Shown: positions 36,898 to 47,238, numbered from the stretch's first letter. The stretch: 64,000 nt of DNA from Dehalococcoidia bacterium (GCA_963667465.2 CAXXDN010000002.1:1600001-1664000); one strand, 5' to 3'. Notes: a model not told the origin generated them from the sequence alone. Program-made: numbers and translations.

Positions 36898-37995
36898 GTG
36901 ACGAACGTGGCTCAAGCGCGGCGGCGCATCGACACCCGGCCCTTCCGCGATCGCCTCGCCGACATCTCGCTCGGCGGCGACTACGAGGCGGTCAACACCC
37001 GCCTCTCCGAGGCCGGTCTCGGCGACGGTCTTCCCCTCGTCCCTCCGACGGAGGAGCGCATCGGGGCGATGCTGGCCGGCGGCGGCGTCCCGGCCGGCTC
37101 GCTGTTCCCGATGCTGGCGCCCGCCCGCGTCCCACCGACACTCCGCGACGTCGCGGCGAACGCGGTGCTGGCGGGCTGTGCGCCCGAGCACCTCCCCGTG
37201 GTCGCCGCCGCCGTCAAGGCCGTCGCCGATCCCGACTTCAACCTGACCGGCATTCAGGCAACGACGGGCGCGGCGACTCCCCTGGTGATCGTCGGCGGGC
37301 CTGTCGTCTCGCGGATCGGGATGAACGCCGGGGCGAACAGCCTGGGGCAGGGATCACGCGCGAATGCGACTATCGGTCGGGCGCTCCGGCTCGTGCTCCA
37401 GAACCTGGGGCTCGCCCTGCCCGGCATCTCGGACATGGCGACGCATGGTCAGCCCGGCAAGTACACCTGGTGCGTCGCGGAACAGGAGGCCGGCAGCCCC
37501 TGGCCGCCACTGCGAGTGGCGCTCGGCCTCCCCGCCGGCGTGAGCACGGTCACCGTCGTCGGGGCCGTCGGCAACGTCGAGGTGGTGCTGCCGGCCACGA
37601 GCCCGGAGGACCTCGCCCACGCCCTGGCCGGCTCGATGACGATCGAGGGCAACGCCGGGGGCGAGGGGACGTTCGGCGGTGGACAGGCGCTCGTGCTGCT
37701 TCCCCCGGAGAGCGCCTGGCTCCTCGATTCGCACGGTTGGGACCGGCGACGGCTCCAGCGCGAGCTCTTCGCGCGTGCCAGCGTGAGCTACGAGGCGCTG
37801 ACCCCCGCCATCGTCGAGCGCACGACCGTGCGCCGCCAGGAACTCGGGCTACCGCACGAGGGCGTCCTGCGGGTGGCCCGGACGCCGGAGGACGTGCTGA
37901 TCGTCGTCAGTGGCGGCGTGGGGACGAAGGCGACGTTCGTCCCGACCTGGCCCGGCGGGACTCGCGCGATCACCATCCCGTTGCCGCCAGCCTAG
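36898..37995 (+). CDS. Conserved hypothetical protein (GDGLPLVPPT family)
   Basis: DGLP.VPPT, ANAV.AGC.PE, G.RANATIGRAL and GQPGKY motifs of a recurrent uncharacterised family. Good codon usage. Confidence 0.7.
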   Translation: MTNVAQARRRIDTRPFRDRLADISLGGDYEAVNTRLSEAGLGDGLPLVPPTEERIGAMLAGGGVPAGSLFPMLAPARVPPTLRDVAANAVLAGCAPEHLPVVAAAVKAVADPDFNLTGIQATTGAATPLVIVGGPVVSRIGMNAGANSLGQGSRANATIGRALRLVLQNLGLALPGISDMATHGQPGKYTWCVAEQEAGSPWPPLRVALGLPAGVSTVTVVGAVGNVEVVLPATSPEDLAHALAGSMTIEGNAGGEGTFGGGQALVLLPPESAWLLDSHGWDRRRLQRELFARASVSYEALTPAIVERTTVRRQELGLPHEGVLRVARTPEDVLIVVSGGVGTKATFVPTWPGGTRAITIPLPPA

Positions 37996-37997
37996 GC

Positions 37998-38200
37998 TGT
38001 CCTATTCCCGAGTAGCTGCGACAGGTGCCGGCCTTCTGAGATAGGGGCCAGGCGGTACATCCTGCTGTGTGTAGCAGCACAGGAAGGACCACCGCCATGA
38101 CCCCCGAGGACGTACTGTACCGCCAGCGGCTGCGCACCTTCGCGCTCGCCGAGGAAGCAGGCGGCCCGCCGCGGTCGGCATGTCGAAGTAGCGCCGGGGA
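37998..38200 (+). mobile_element. Degenerate IS481-family remnant (left end plus transposase N-terminus)
   Basis: Starts TGTCCTATTCCCG...GACA. AGGAAGG RBS, then ATG 38097 MTPEDVLYRQRLRTFALAEE...ACR, an HTH-like start that then decays. Confidence 0.45.
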
Positions 38201-38238
38201 GGCTCGGAGCCCCCCGGAAGGTTCGTGCGTCGATCCGG

Positions 38239-38268
38239 CCCCTCTCCGGGGGGGAGGGTGAGGGTGAG
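38239..38268 (-). repeat. REP-like element CCTCACCCTCACCCTCCCCCCGGAGAGGG
   Basis: Resembles the CCCTCACCC...CCCTCTCCC...GGGAGAGGG palindromic intergenic repeat class. Single copy in this window. Confidence 0.45.
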
Positions 38269-38439
38269 GAGGCTCGCCAGCCTGACTGCCAACACGATTG
38301 GTGGGCGCGCCCTCAGAGCCGGGCGGGGCCCCGCAATGTGAGACGCTGCGGTCCGCTCGGCGCAGAGGCTGAGGCCGAAGCCGCGCGGCCGCGCGCTAGA
38401 ATCCAGGCCGGGCCACGACCGGCAGTTGGAGGGGTCACG

Positions 38440-39540
38440 ATGGAGATCAAGGCGGCAGTGCTCTACGAGGCGAACACCCCGCTGGTCGTCGAGCCCGTGC
38501 AGCTCGACGACCCGAAGGACGGCGAGGTGCTGGTGCGCATCGCGGCGGCCGGCGTCTGTCACTCCGACTACCACGTGATGAAGGGCGAGTGGACGCCGCC
38601 GCTGCCGATGGTGCTCGGCCACGAGGCCGCCGGCACCGTCGAGCGGGTGGGCGCGGGAGTCGGGCGGGTGCGGCCGGGCGACCGGGTGATCCTCAACTTC
38701 CGGCCAAACTGCGGCTGGTGCGACCACTGCACCCGCGGCGAGCCCGTGCTCTGCAACGGATCGGACAGCGAGCGCTGGCTGCTCTTCGACGGCACCGCGC
38801 GGCTGCACACCACGGCCGGGCGGGACCTCAACCACTTCGCGCGAACCGCCTCGTTCGCCGAGTACGCCGTCGTCCCCGAATCCGGCGCGGTGCCCGTCCG
38901 CGACGACGTGCCGCTCGACAAGGCCGCGCTGATCGGCTGCTCGGTGATGACCGGCGTCGGCGCGGTCATCAACACCGCGCGAGTCGAGGCCGGCAGCTCG
39001 GTGCTGGTGATCGGCTGCGGCGGCGTCGGCCTGAACTGCATCCAGGGCGCCGTGCTGGCCGGGGCGGAGCGGATCATCGCCGTCGACCTGAAGGCCAACA
39101 AGCTCGAGTACGCGAAGCAGTTCGGCGCGACCGACATCCTCGACGCGAGCGAGGGCGACACCGCGGCCCGGGTGCTGGAACTGACCGGTGGCGGCGTGGA
39201 CTACGCGTTCGAGGCGATCGGCTTCTCGAAGACGATCGTCGACTGCTACGAGTCGACGCGGCTCGGCGGCACGACGGTGGTCGTGGGAATGGCGCCCGAG
39301 GACGACATGATGACCATCCCCGCGCTCTCGCTTCCGCGCACGGAGAAGGTGCTGCGCGGCTCCTGGTACGGCTCCGCCCGCCCCTGGCTCGACCTCCCGA
39401 AGATGGTCGAGCTCTACATGGGCGGCCGCCTGCAGGTAGACCCGCTGGTCAGCCGCACCTACCCGCTCGACGAGATCAACGAGGCCTACGCAGCCCTCGA
39501 TCGCGGCGACGTCGCACGCAGCGTGCTGCTGATGGAGTGA
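38440..39540 (+). CDS. Zn-dependent alcohol dehydrogenase
   Basis: GVCHSD, LGHE, C..C..C.......C structural Zn, GCGGVG. Confidence 0.93.
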   Translation: MEIKAAVLYEANTPLVVEPVQLDDPKDGEVLVRIAAAGVCHSDYHVMKGEWTPPLPMVLGHEAAGTVERVGAGVGRVRPGDRVILNFRPNCGWCDHCTRGEPVLCNGSDSERWLLFDGTARLHTTAGRDLNHFARTASFAEYAVVPESGAVPVRDDVPLDKAALIGCSVMTGVGAVINTARVEAGSSVLVIGCGGVGLNCIQGAVLAGAERIIAVDLKANKLEYAKQFGATDILDASEGDTAARVLELTGGGVDYAFEAIGFSKTIVDCYESTRLGGTTVVVGMAPEDDMMTIPALSLPRTEKVLRGSWYGSARPWLDLPKMVELYMGGRLQVDPLVSRTYPLDEINEAYAALDRGDVARSVLLME

Positions 39541-39582
39541 GTCGCACGGAGAGCCGATTCGCTCGTTCGACGGAGGCAGCGC

Positions 39583-40548
39583 ATGTCGCTGGTGCAGACG
39601 ATCCGCGGTCCCATCCCCAGCTCCGAACTCGGACGCACGCTGTCGCATGAGCATCTGACCAACGGCACGGCCGGGATGGAGCGTGTCCCCGGGTTGCTCG
39701 ACCGGGCAGAGATGGTCGACCGCTGCCTCGAGGCGCTGGGAGTGGCCCACGACGCCGGGATCGACTCGCTCATCGACCTGACGCCCTTCGACCTCGGCCG
39801 CCAGGTCTGGCTGTTCGAGGCGGTCGCAGAGCGCTCGCCGCTCAACATCGTGTGCGCCACCGGCGTCTATCGCTGGGTGCCCGTGATCTACAACGGCTGG
39901 GACGAGGACGAGATCGCGGCGCACTTCGCGCGCGAGATCGACGAAGGCATCGAGGGCACCCGGATCCGCGCCGGCGCGATCAAGCTCGCCTGGGACATCG
40001 AGTACCGGCTCGATGAGCCGGCAGGACGGAACTCGCCGCGTGACATGCTGGAGCGGACGGCCCGCGCGGCGGCGCGCGCCTCGAAGGCGTCGGGCGTACC
40101 CATCTCCTGCCACACGCGAGCGGTCGACGAGCTCGGCACGCCGTTGCTCGACATCTTCGAGGACGAGGGCCTCGACCTGCGCGCCGTGACCATCGGCCAC
40201 TCCAACGACACGCAGGACCTCGACTACCTGCGCGGCCTCGCGGCCCGCGGGGCGACGGTCGGCCTCGACCGCTTCTTCTCCACAGAGGATGACTACGTTG
40301 CCGAGCGGTCCGCGCTAGCGCTGGCGCTGGCCCAGGCGGGATACGCCGAGCAGGTTTGCCTCGGCCACGACGGCTCACCGGCGGGCGTCTGGGGCGGCTG
40401 GTCGGACGAACGCCGCAGCGACTGCTGGACTCGCGTGCCCCGGCACGAGGTGCCGTGGCTGCTCGCCAACGGCGCGACCGAGGACGACGTGGACGCGATG
40501 CTGCGGCGCTCGATCGCCGCGACCTTCGAGGCTGCTGCGGCGCAGTAG
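39583..40548 (+). CDS. Phosphotriesterase-family protein
   Basis: TLSHEH, GAIK (carboxy-Lys position), CHT, IGH, GHD. Confidence 0.88.
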   Translation: MSLVQTIRGPIPSSELGRTLSHEHLTNGTAGMERVPGLLDRAEMVDRCLEALGVAHDAGIDSLIDLTPFDLGRQVWLFEAVAERSPLNIVCATGVYRWVPVIYNGWDEDEIAAHFAREIDEGIEGTRIRAGAIKLAWDIEYRLDEPAGRNSPRDMLERTARAAARASKASGVPISCHTRAVDELGTPLLDIFEDEGLDLRAVTIGHSNDTQDLDYLRGLAARGATVGLDRFFSTEDDYVAERSALALALAQAGYAEQVCLGHDGSPAGVWGGWSDERRSDCWTRVPRHEVPWLLANGATEDDVDAMLRRSIAATFEAAAAQ

Positions 40549-40654
40549 CCGGAGCCACGCCGCGCAGCCACTCGCGCGCGGCTGCGATGGATCAGGACGC
40601 GAGGGGCGCGGGCGCGGCGTTACCCGGGGTAGCGATTGGGGGCCTGCCTCCGGG

Positions 40655-41047
40655 CTAGCCCTCAACTTGCTGGATCAGCTCGATCCTGACGTCGTCGGGG
40701 GCTCGCATCCAGCAGACGCGAATGGCGCCGAAGTCGACCGGCCCCTCCAGCACCTCGGCTCCGAGCGCCTCGAGTCGCTCGATGTCCGCCTCGAGGTCCA
40801 CCGAGTCGATCCCGAAATGCTCCAACCCCTCGTGCACACCGGCGTCGCCGGGACCGAGCGTCTCGCCGCTGCGCGGGCCGGAGATATTGACCGTGATGCC
40901 GTTCTCGCTGCGCGTGGCCACGAAGCGGTCACCGACCTCACGGACGAAGTCATTCACGATCTCGAAGTTGAACGCCGCGACCCACCACTCCGCGCTCTTC
41001 CGCGGGTCGTGGGACTTGAGGTGGATGTGGTTGATCGCGAAGGTCAT
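40655..41047 (-). CDS. VOC/glyoxalase family protein
   Basis: INHIHL, LEHFG, APD.VRIEL. Confidence 0.88.
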   Translation of the reverse strand: MTFAINHIHLKSHDPRKSAEWWVAAFNFEIVNDFVREVGDRFVATRSENGITVNISGPRSGETLGPGDAGVHEGLEHFGIDSVDLEADIERLEALGAEVLEGPVDFGAIRVCWMRAPDDVRIELIQQVEG

Positions 41048-41150
41048 CAGCAGGTCCTCTGGCTCGTTGCCGCCCTTGCGCGCCGCACTGGTCGCTCAGC
41101 ATTGCATGACCGGCGCGGTGCGTCCGTCACTATCCGCGATCTCAGCCGTC

Positions 41151-43415
41151 TCAGCCGGCCTTCACGCTGCGGCGGTTCCGGAAGAGGGCCGGTTCCACGT
41201 AGGCGCTGGGCGATGAGAGGGCGTCGTCGATGATCTCCAGGACCGCGGCCAGGGCCGGCTCAGCGAGCATGCTGTCCTGCTTCTCCCGGGTGTCGGCCAG
41301 GGGGACGTAGCCGGACACGGCGGCGCTCTGCTCGTCCACGATCGCGGCCGCCTTCCTGACCGCGTCCTCGATGTCGGCCTGGCTGATCACGCCGTGGAGC
41401 CTCCAGTTGGCCAGGATCGCGCCGTCGATGCGCTCGGTGGCGCGGTCCTTCATCTCCTCGATCTGGTCGAAGTCTGGTACCCCGCTGCAGCCAACGCCTC
41501 GCCGCACCCACGGCTCCACGTACGCCACCATGCTGTGGGCGTAGCGGAGGACGGCGTGCTCCCTGACCCCGGTGGCGTCCAGCTTGCCTTCACTCAAGAT
41601 CGGGAACGCGAGGAGGGAGGCGCGGGACACCGGGGCGGCAGCCGAGTCGAGGATGACCCGCTGAACCTCGTCGACATCCACCATGTGGTAGTGCAGCGAG
41701 TGCAGGTCGCTGGGGTAGGGGGCGGGCACCCAGGCCGTGTTGCCGCCGCTGCGAGGATGGTCGATCTTGCGCTGCAGCATCTCGGCCATGGCGCGGTTCC
41801 TGACCTGCATCCCCTTGCCCACCTTGCCGTGGCGGTGAAGCCCGGCCCGCAGGCTTACGTCGACGTTGTCGAGCTCGTAGCTCGTGTTGAACGTCGCCTG
41901 GTTCAGGTCCTCCCGCAGGTCGACGGGTCCGGCGTACATCTGCGCGCGAAGCTGAGAGCCGGTGCGGTCGAGGAATCCGGTGTTGGTGAAGAAGACCCGG
42001 TTGCGGGCGGCCTGCAACGCCTGGGGGAGCTGCAGGGTCATGCCGAGTTCCTCGTTCATGATCCCGATCAGCATGGTCCCGGCGGGCAGCCCCAGGCCGC
42101 ACTCCACCGCCTCGAAGAACCGCATCTGCCCAGCGACCTCCTCGGCCGTGTGGAGCTTGGGAGTGACCTGGTAGACGAAGCCGCGGCCGCTGTTCGGACC
42201 GCGGACGGGCATGGCGCCCTCGCCGTCTGCACGGGGCTCCCCGTTGGAGCCCCGGTCATGGGCGCTGGCGATGAGGGTGGTCAACAGCACGCCGACGATC
42301 CGCTCCGGTACTTCCTCGCCGCCCAGGGTGACGGCGTCGGTGTACATGTGGATCGAGACGTTCCGCACCGACATCAGGCTGGTCGCCTTGAGCGTCCGCT
42401 CCTCGCCGTTGACGTCGCGGTACGGCTTGTCGGAGTTGAGCTGCTTCAGGTTGCCCCGGGAGCCGTAGCCCGTGAGGCTGCCCCGAATCAGGCCGAGGTA
42501 GTTGCGCAGCCCCTCCACCAGATCGTCGGCGTCGACCACGGACACGGCGTCCTCGAAATCGATGATGTTGGTGAGGGCGGACTCGACAACCAGGTCCCTG
42601 AACTGGCCGTTGACCGGGTCGACCGTTCCTCCCTCGTAGAGCTGGACCTGGATCCGCAGGCCGTTGTCCGCCAGGAGGAAGTCCGCGAGTTCCGCCTCGT
42701 CGTCCAGGTTGAACCCGATGAACTTGTCCGGGTGCTCCAGTCTTACGTCGGCGCCGTCCGAGGTCCGGCCCACCAGTTCGTATGCGCCGTCGTCCTTGCG
42801 GCTCACCGAGTAGGCCTCGATCGAGTCGAAGCCGACGCCGCCCTGCCAGGCGCTGACATGCTCATCGAGGAAGGCGTTGGTCTCCTCCACGACCATCCTG
42901 AGCCGGGCGGGCCGCTGCTCCTCGGCGTCGATCCCGGAGCGAATGTCGCTCAGGAAATACGCGTCGTAGAGGCTGCCCCAGCGAGCGTTGGCCCCGCCGA
43001 CGGCCATGCTGGCGTTGGTGACGGGGGTGACCAGTTCGGGTCCGTTCTGGTCCATCTCGGGATCGAGCTGCGGGGTAGCCACCTCGAAGTCCACCGCCCG
43101 CTCGGCAGCGAGGTAGCCGATCTCCACGAGGAAGCGCTCGAGGTCCCCTGCGTCCCCGGCGGCCGACTGCTCGGCGGGCGCCCAGCCGTTGCGGCGCTTC
43201 TCCCGGTAGTAGTCGTCGATCTGCTGCTGGACAGCGGCCCGCCTGGCCAGGAACTCACGGTTGGGAGGGCCGAACTCCTCGACCAGCTCAGCGAGGACCT
43301 CGAACACTCCAGCGGCGGTCCAGGCGGTGCCTGCGACGGCCTCGTCCCTCACGAAGTTGTAGAGGGAGTCCCGCACTTCCAGGATGTTGCCCGAGGACAG
43401 CCGGACCGTTGCCAC
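41151..43415 (-). CDS. glcB: Malate synthase G-like enzyme (divergent)
   Basis: NARWGSLYDA, VRNV, PKLH, NTGFLDRTG, TAWVP, GVGCS, DRAT. Confidence 0.8.
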   Translation of the reverse strand: MATVRLSSGNILEVRDSLYNFVRDEAVAGTAWTAAGVFEVLAELVEEFGPPNREFLARRAAVQQQIDDYYREKRRNGWAPAEQSAAGDAGDLERFLVEIGYLAAERAVDFEVATPQLDPEMDQNGPELVTPVTNASMAVGGANARWGSLYDAYFLSDIRSGIDAEEQRPARLRMVVEETNAFLDEHVSAWQGGVGFDSIEAYSVSRKDDGAYELVGRTSDGADVRLEHPDKFIGFNLDDEAELADFLLADNGLRIQVQLYEGGTVDPVNGQFRDLVVESALTNIIDFEDAVSVVDADDLVEGLRNYLGLIRGSLTGYGSRGNLKQLNSDKPYRDVNGEERTLKATSLMSVRNVSIHMYTDAVTLGGEEVPERIVGVLLTTLIASAHDRGSNGEPRADGEGAMPVRGPNSGRGFVYQVTPKLHTAEEVAGQMRFFEAVECGLGLPAGTMLIGIMNEELGMTLQLPQALQAARNRVFFTNTGFLDRTGSQLRAQMYAGPVDLREDLNQATFNTSYELDNVDVSLRAGLHRHGKVGKGMQVRNRAMAEMLQRKIDHPRSGGNTAWVPAPYPSDLHSLHYHMVDVDEVQRVILDSAAAPVSRASLLAFPILSEGKLDATGVREHAVLRYAHSMVAYVEPWVRRGVGCSGVPDFDQIEEMKDRATERIDGAILANWRLHGVISQADIEDAVRKAAAIVDEQSAAVSGYVPLADTREKQDSMLAEPALAAVLEIIDDALSSPSAYVEPALFRNRRSVKAG

Positions 43416-43579
43416 GAGTCGTCAACTCCCAGGTGCGCCGCGTTGTCCATCGTGAGGCGGAGCCTCCGGCAGCGAGCGGACCGATCGGGTTCCACGCTGC
43501 CACATCGTAATACTCCCCGGCGTGCGCACTGCGTAATGGTGTCCGGAACACGCGCCGTGGGCTTGTGGCGCCGTCCTCG

Positions 43580-44575
43580 CTAATCGCCGCCGCCGCTCGC
43601 CTCGTCCGCCGTCCAGTGCACGGGCGGCAGGTCGCGCATCGTGTAGTAGCCGGGCGCGGCCGCCCGGGCTGCCCGCACCGCGTTGACCGCGATACCGGCG
43701 GTCGAGCGGTCGCCGTGGAACCCGCCGATCGCGTGAACCTGCACGGGGGGATCGCCGGCGATCTCGACCTCGTCTCGCGAGTCACCGACGCCGGCGGCCA
43801 TCGTCAGCTTCATCGTCACGAGCGGGGCGCCGCCATGCTTCAGCGTGAGCTCTTCGCAGATGCCGGCGACGTCGCCCGGCTGCAGGGCCTCGTGGCCGGT
43901 CTCCGCCCCCGCGATCACCGGCTTGAGCGAGTGTTCGAACTCGAACGGTTCCCAGCCGAAGGCGTGGGCGATCGCCGCCGCCGATTCGCGCAGCCCGATG
44001 TGCCCGAAGCCGCCGGTGGCGACCCGCTCGTTGAACTCGTCGAGGGCCATACCGACGCCCACCTTCTGCTGGAAGGGGAGCCGCCGTTGCGCCGCATCGA
44101 GGACGCGCGTGACAGTGACCGACTCGACGTTGTTCGAGACCGCGGAGAGCACGATGGGCAACGTGTCCATCGCGAAGCCGGGGTTCACCCCGGTCGCGAG
44201 CAGCGTTGCGCCGTGCTCGCGAGCGAGCGCGTCGAGCCGGGCCGCCAGCTCGGGCCGCTCGTAGGCGAAGGAGAGTTCCTCGCAGATCGAAACCACATCG
44301 AGGCCGCGCGTGAGCGCCTGCGTGAGCTGCGGCAGGACGGCGTCGAGGCTGGAGACGGTGGCGTGCAAGACCACGTCCGCCTCCGGCCAGTCCCCCACCG
44401 CGGGGTCCGCGATGGTCACCCCGATCGCTGCCTCGCCGACGACGCTACCGAGGTCCTGCCCGAGCTTCGCCGGATCGCTGTCGAAGGCGGCGACGACCTC
44501 GATGTCGCGCCGGGCGAGCGCGGTCGTTGCGATCAGCGCACCCATCGCGCCGACCCCGTAGTGAATGGTTCGCAT
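43580..44575 (-). CDS. Dihydrodipicolinate reductase-like / 2,4-diaminopentanoate dehydrogenase family oxidoreductase
   Basis: YGVGAMG, VVS.CEE, TGVNPGF.MD, GG..GD..TA. Confidence 0.8.
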   Translation of the reverse strand: MRTIHYGVGAMGALIATTALARRDIEVVAAFDSDPAKLGQDLGSVVGEAAIGVTIADPAVGDWPEADVVLHATVSSLDAVLPQLTQALTRGLDVVSICEELSFAYERPELAARLDALAREHGATLLATGVNPGFAMDTLPIVLSAVSNNVESVTVTRVLDAAQRRLPFQQKVGVGMALDEFNERVATGGFGHIGLRESAAAIAHAFGWEPFEFEHSLKPVIAGAETGHEALQPGDVAGICEELTLKHGGAPLVTMKLTMAAGVGDSRDEVEIAGDPPVQVHAIGGFHGDRSTAGIAVNAVRAARAAAPGYYTMRDLPPVHWTADEASGGGD

Positions 44576-44656
44576 CTGCTGCTGCGTCCTCCCTGGAGAG
44601 CGGGCCGGCTGCGAGGCGGCGCCGGGTGAGTGCGCTGCTTGTCGTCCCGGCGGTTG

Positions 44657-45498
44657 CTAGCTACCGGGCGTCCACGAGTAGATTTGCGCGAGGCTGCCCC
44701 CCATGAGGGCCGACCGCTCTGACTCCGTGAGCTGGTCGGTGACGCGGAACGCCTCGACACCCTGCTCGTAGGTCAGCAACTCGACCGCGCGGGTCCAGTC
44801 GGTGCCCCACATGCAACGCTCGAACCCAAACGCCTCAAAGACCTGGCCCAGCGGTTCCCAGATATCGTCGTACGGAAACGGCTCCCGCGACAGCGTGCAT
44901 GCCCCCGACACCTTGATCGCGACATTGTCGAACTCCGCCAGATCGAGGACGGCGGGCAAGTCGGCGAAGGGTCGCTCGGGTGGAGGCGGCTGGAAGGGCT
45001 GGGGTATGCCCAGGTGGTCGATCACGATCCGGGTGTTGGGATGGCGCCGGGCGAGCTCCGCGAGCAGATCGAGCTTCCGCCAGCACAACACGTTGATCGG
45101 AATGTCGTTCGCCGCTCCCGCAGCCAGGATCTGATTGAGCCCGGGGTGATCGGCCGTCGCGTCCGGGTCCAGCCCGGTCAGGATCACACGTGCCCCGACG
45201 ACCCCGGGCGTTGCGGCCCAGCGGGCGACTTCGTCGCCGGCATCGGAGGCTCCCGCGTCGATGGGCTTGATCAGGCCGAAGCGCCCGGGCTGCCGGGCGT
45301 GCACTTCAAGCGCATAGCTCGCGTCGTAGCGGTACATCCTGAACGGGGAGACCAGGAGCGCCCCGTCGACGCCGAGGGCGTCCATCGCCGAGACCATGTC
45401 GTCACCGGTCACTGCGGAGGGGCCGGCGAGCGTGCCGGCCAGGGTCGCTCGGGACGGTCGCGTTCGTAAGCGTGAACCTGGCAGTCGATCGTGAGCAC
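44657..45498 (-). pseudogene. Amidohydrolase_2 family protein with a 1-nt frameshift near 45440
   Basis: GTG 45498 gives MLTIDCQVHAYERDRPERPW, which stops soon after. The body (AGTLAGP...IDHLG...K.SG...MWGTDW) is in another frame. Confidence 0.72.
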
Positions 45499-45600
45499 TG
45501 CAGGAGTCCTTTGCGCGCCTGCCACGGCGCCGCCACTGATACTCATTCGGGCGGCACGTTATCACGGCGTCCGCTGGCCGTTACCACCAGCGCCCGCGAA

Positions 45601-47238
45601 TCAGCGGGTGCGGAGGGCCTCCCCTGCCGTGAGCACGAACCCCTCGTAGCCGGCCTCGGCGATCTCGTCGCACTTCGCGCGGTAGATCCCCACGCCGCCG
45701 GCGTACGGCATGAACACGCGCGGCTTGCCGGGGATGTTGGCGCCCAGATACCACGAGTCCGCAAGCGGGTAGAGCGTCTTGCTCGCCACGTCGCTGACGT
45801 GCTCGATCCAGTCCGCCTCGGCGGCGGCGTCCGCCTCGGCGATCTCGATGCCGGACTCGACCATGTGCTCGACGAGTCCCGAGATCCATTCGACGTGCTG
45901 CTCGATCGAGACCGGCATGTTGCTCAGCACGGACGGGCTGCCGGGACCGGTGATCATGAACATGTTGGGGAACCCCGCCGAGGCCAGCCCGAGGTAGGTC
46001 TCCGGCCCTTCCGCCCACTTGTCGCGGAGCGCGACGTCGGCCCGGCCGCGGATGTCGATGCGGTTGAAGGGCCCGGTCATTGCGTCGAAGCCCGTTGCGA
46101 GGACGATGATGTCGAGGTCCCAGTCGCCATCGCGGGTGCGGATGCCCGTCGCGGTGATCGTCTCGATCGGGTCGTGGCGGATGTCGACCAGTTCGACGTT
46201 GTCGCGGTTGTAGGTCTCGTAGTAGTCGGTGTCGATCAGCGTACGCTTCGCCGCGAAGGGGTAGTCGCGCGGGACCAGCTTCTCGGCGGTATCGGAGTCG
46301 CGCACGATTTCACGGATCTTCGAACGGATGAACTCCGAGGCGGTGTCGTTGGCCTGCCGGTCGAGCAGGATGTCGTTGAACGTCACGCTCAGGAAGCGGA
46401 ACCCGCCCTGCTCCCACGCGTCCTCGTAGACCGCGCGCCGCTCCTCGTCGTCGACCTCGAGCGCCGAGCGGTCGGCCGGAGGGTAGGGATAGCCGCTCCT
46501 CGACCAGCGCGTCTTCTCGAAGATCTCGTCGTACTGGCTCTTGATGCCGTCGAGGAACTCGGGCGTAACCGTGCCGTGGCGGGCCGGGATCGTGTACTGC
46601 GGCGTGCGCTGGAAGACGGTCACCTGCCGTGCCTGGTTCGCGATCACCGGGATCGACTGCACGCCGCTCGAACCCGTGCCGATCACGCCGACGCGCTTGC
46701 CTGCGAGGTCGACGCCCTCGTGGGGCCACGCGCCGGTGTGGTACCAGTCGCCCGCGAAGCTATCGAGTCCCTCGATGTCGGGAACCTGCGCCGTTGAGAG
46801 GCAGCCGATTGCGGTGATGAAGTAGCGGGCGAGTACGCGGTCGCCCTGGTCGGTCTCGATCTCCCAGCGGCTCAGGTCCTCGCGAAAGTGCGCGGCGGTG
46901 ACGCGCGTCCCGAACTGGATGTCGGGGCGCAGCTCAAACCGGTCGGCGACATGGTTGAGGTAGCGCAGGATCTCCGGCTGCTCCGGGTACTTCCCGCTCC
47001 AGTTCCACTCCTGGGAGAGCTCCTTGTCGAACGAGAAGCAGTAGACGTACGACTCGGAGTCGCAGCGCGCGCCGGGATAGCGGTTCCAGTACCAGGTGCC
47101 GCCGACATCGTCCGCCGCCTCGAAGACGCGCGCCGACAGGCCGAGCAGGTCACGCAGCCTGTGGAGCATGTACATGCCGGAGAATCCGGCGCCGACCACG
47201 ACGGCGTCGAGTTCCGCGCGGCTGGTTTCGGTCGTCAT
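45601..47238 (-). CDS. Baeyer-Villiger monooxygenase (CHMO/PAMO type)
   Basis: GAGFSG, GGTW.WNRYPG, FAGDWYHTGAWP fingerprint, GTGSSG, ATG. Confidence 0.95.
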   Translation of the reverse strand: MTTETSRAELDAVVVGAGFSGMYMLHRLRDLLGLSARVFEAADDVGGTWYWNRYPGARCDSESYVYCFSFDKELSQEWNWSGKYPEQPEILRYLNHVADRFELRPDIQFGTRVTAAHFREDLSRWEIETDQGDRVLARYFITAIGCLSTAQVPDIEGLDSFAGDWYHTGAWPHEGVDLAGKRVGVIGTGSSGVQSIPVIANQARQVTVFQRTPQYTIPARHGTVTPEFLDGIKSQYDEIFEKTRWSRSGYPYPPADRSALEVDDEERRAVYEDAWEQGGFRFLSVTFNDILLDRQANDTASEFIRSKIREIVRDSDTAEKLVPRDYPFAAKRTLIDTDYYETYNRDNVELVDIRHDPIETITATGIRTRDGDWDLDIIVLATGFDAMTGPFNRIDIRGRADVALRDKWAEGPETYLGLASAGFPNMFMITGPGSPSVLSNMPVSIEQHVEWISGLVEHMVESGIEIAEADAAAEADWIEHVSDVASKTLYPLADSWYLGANIPGKPRVFMPYAGGVGIYRAKCDEIAEAGYEGFVLTAGEALRTR

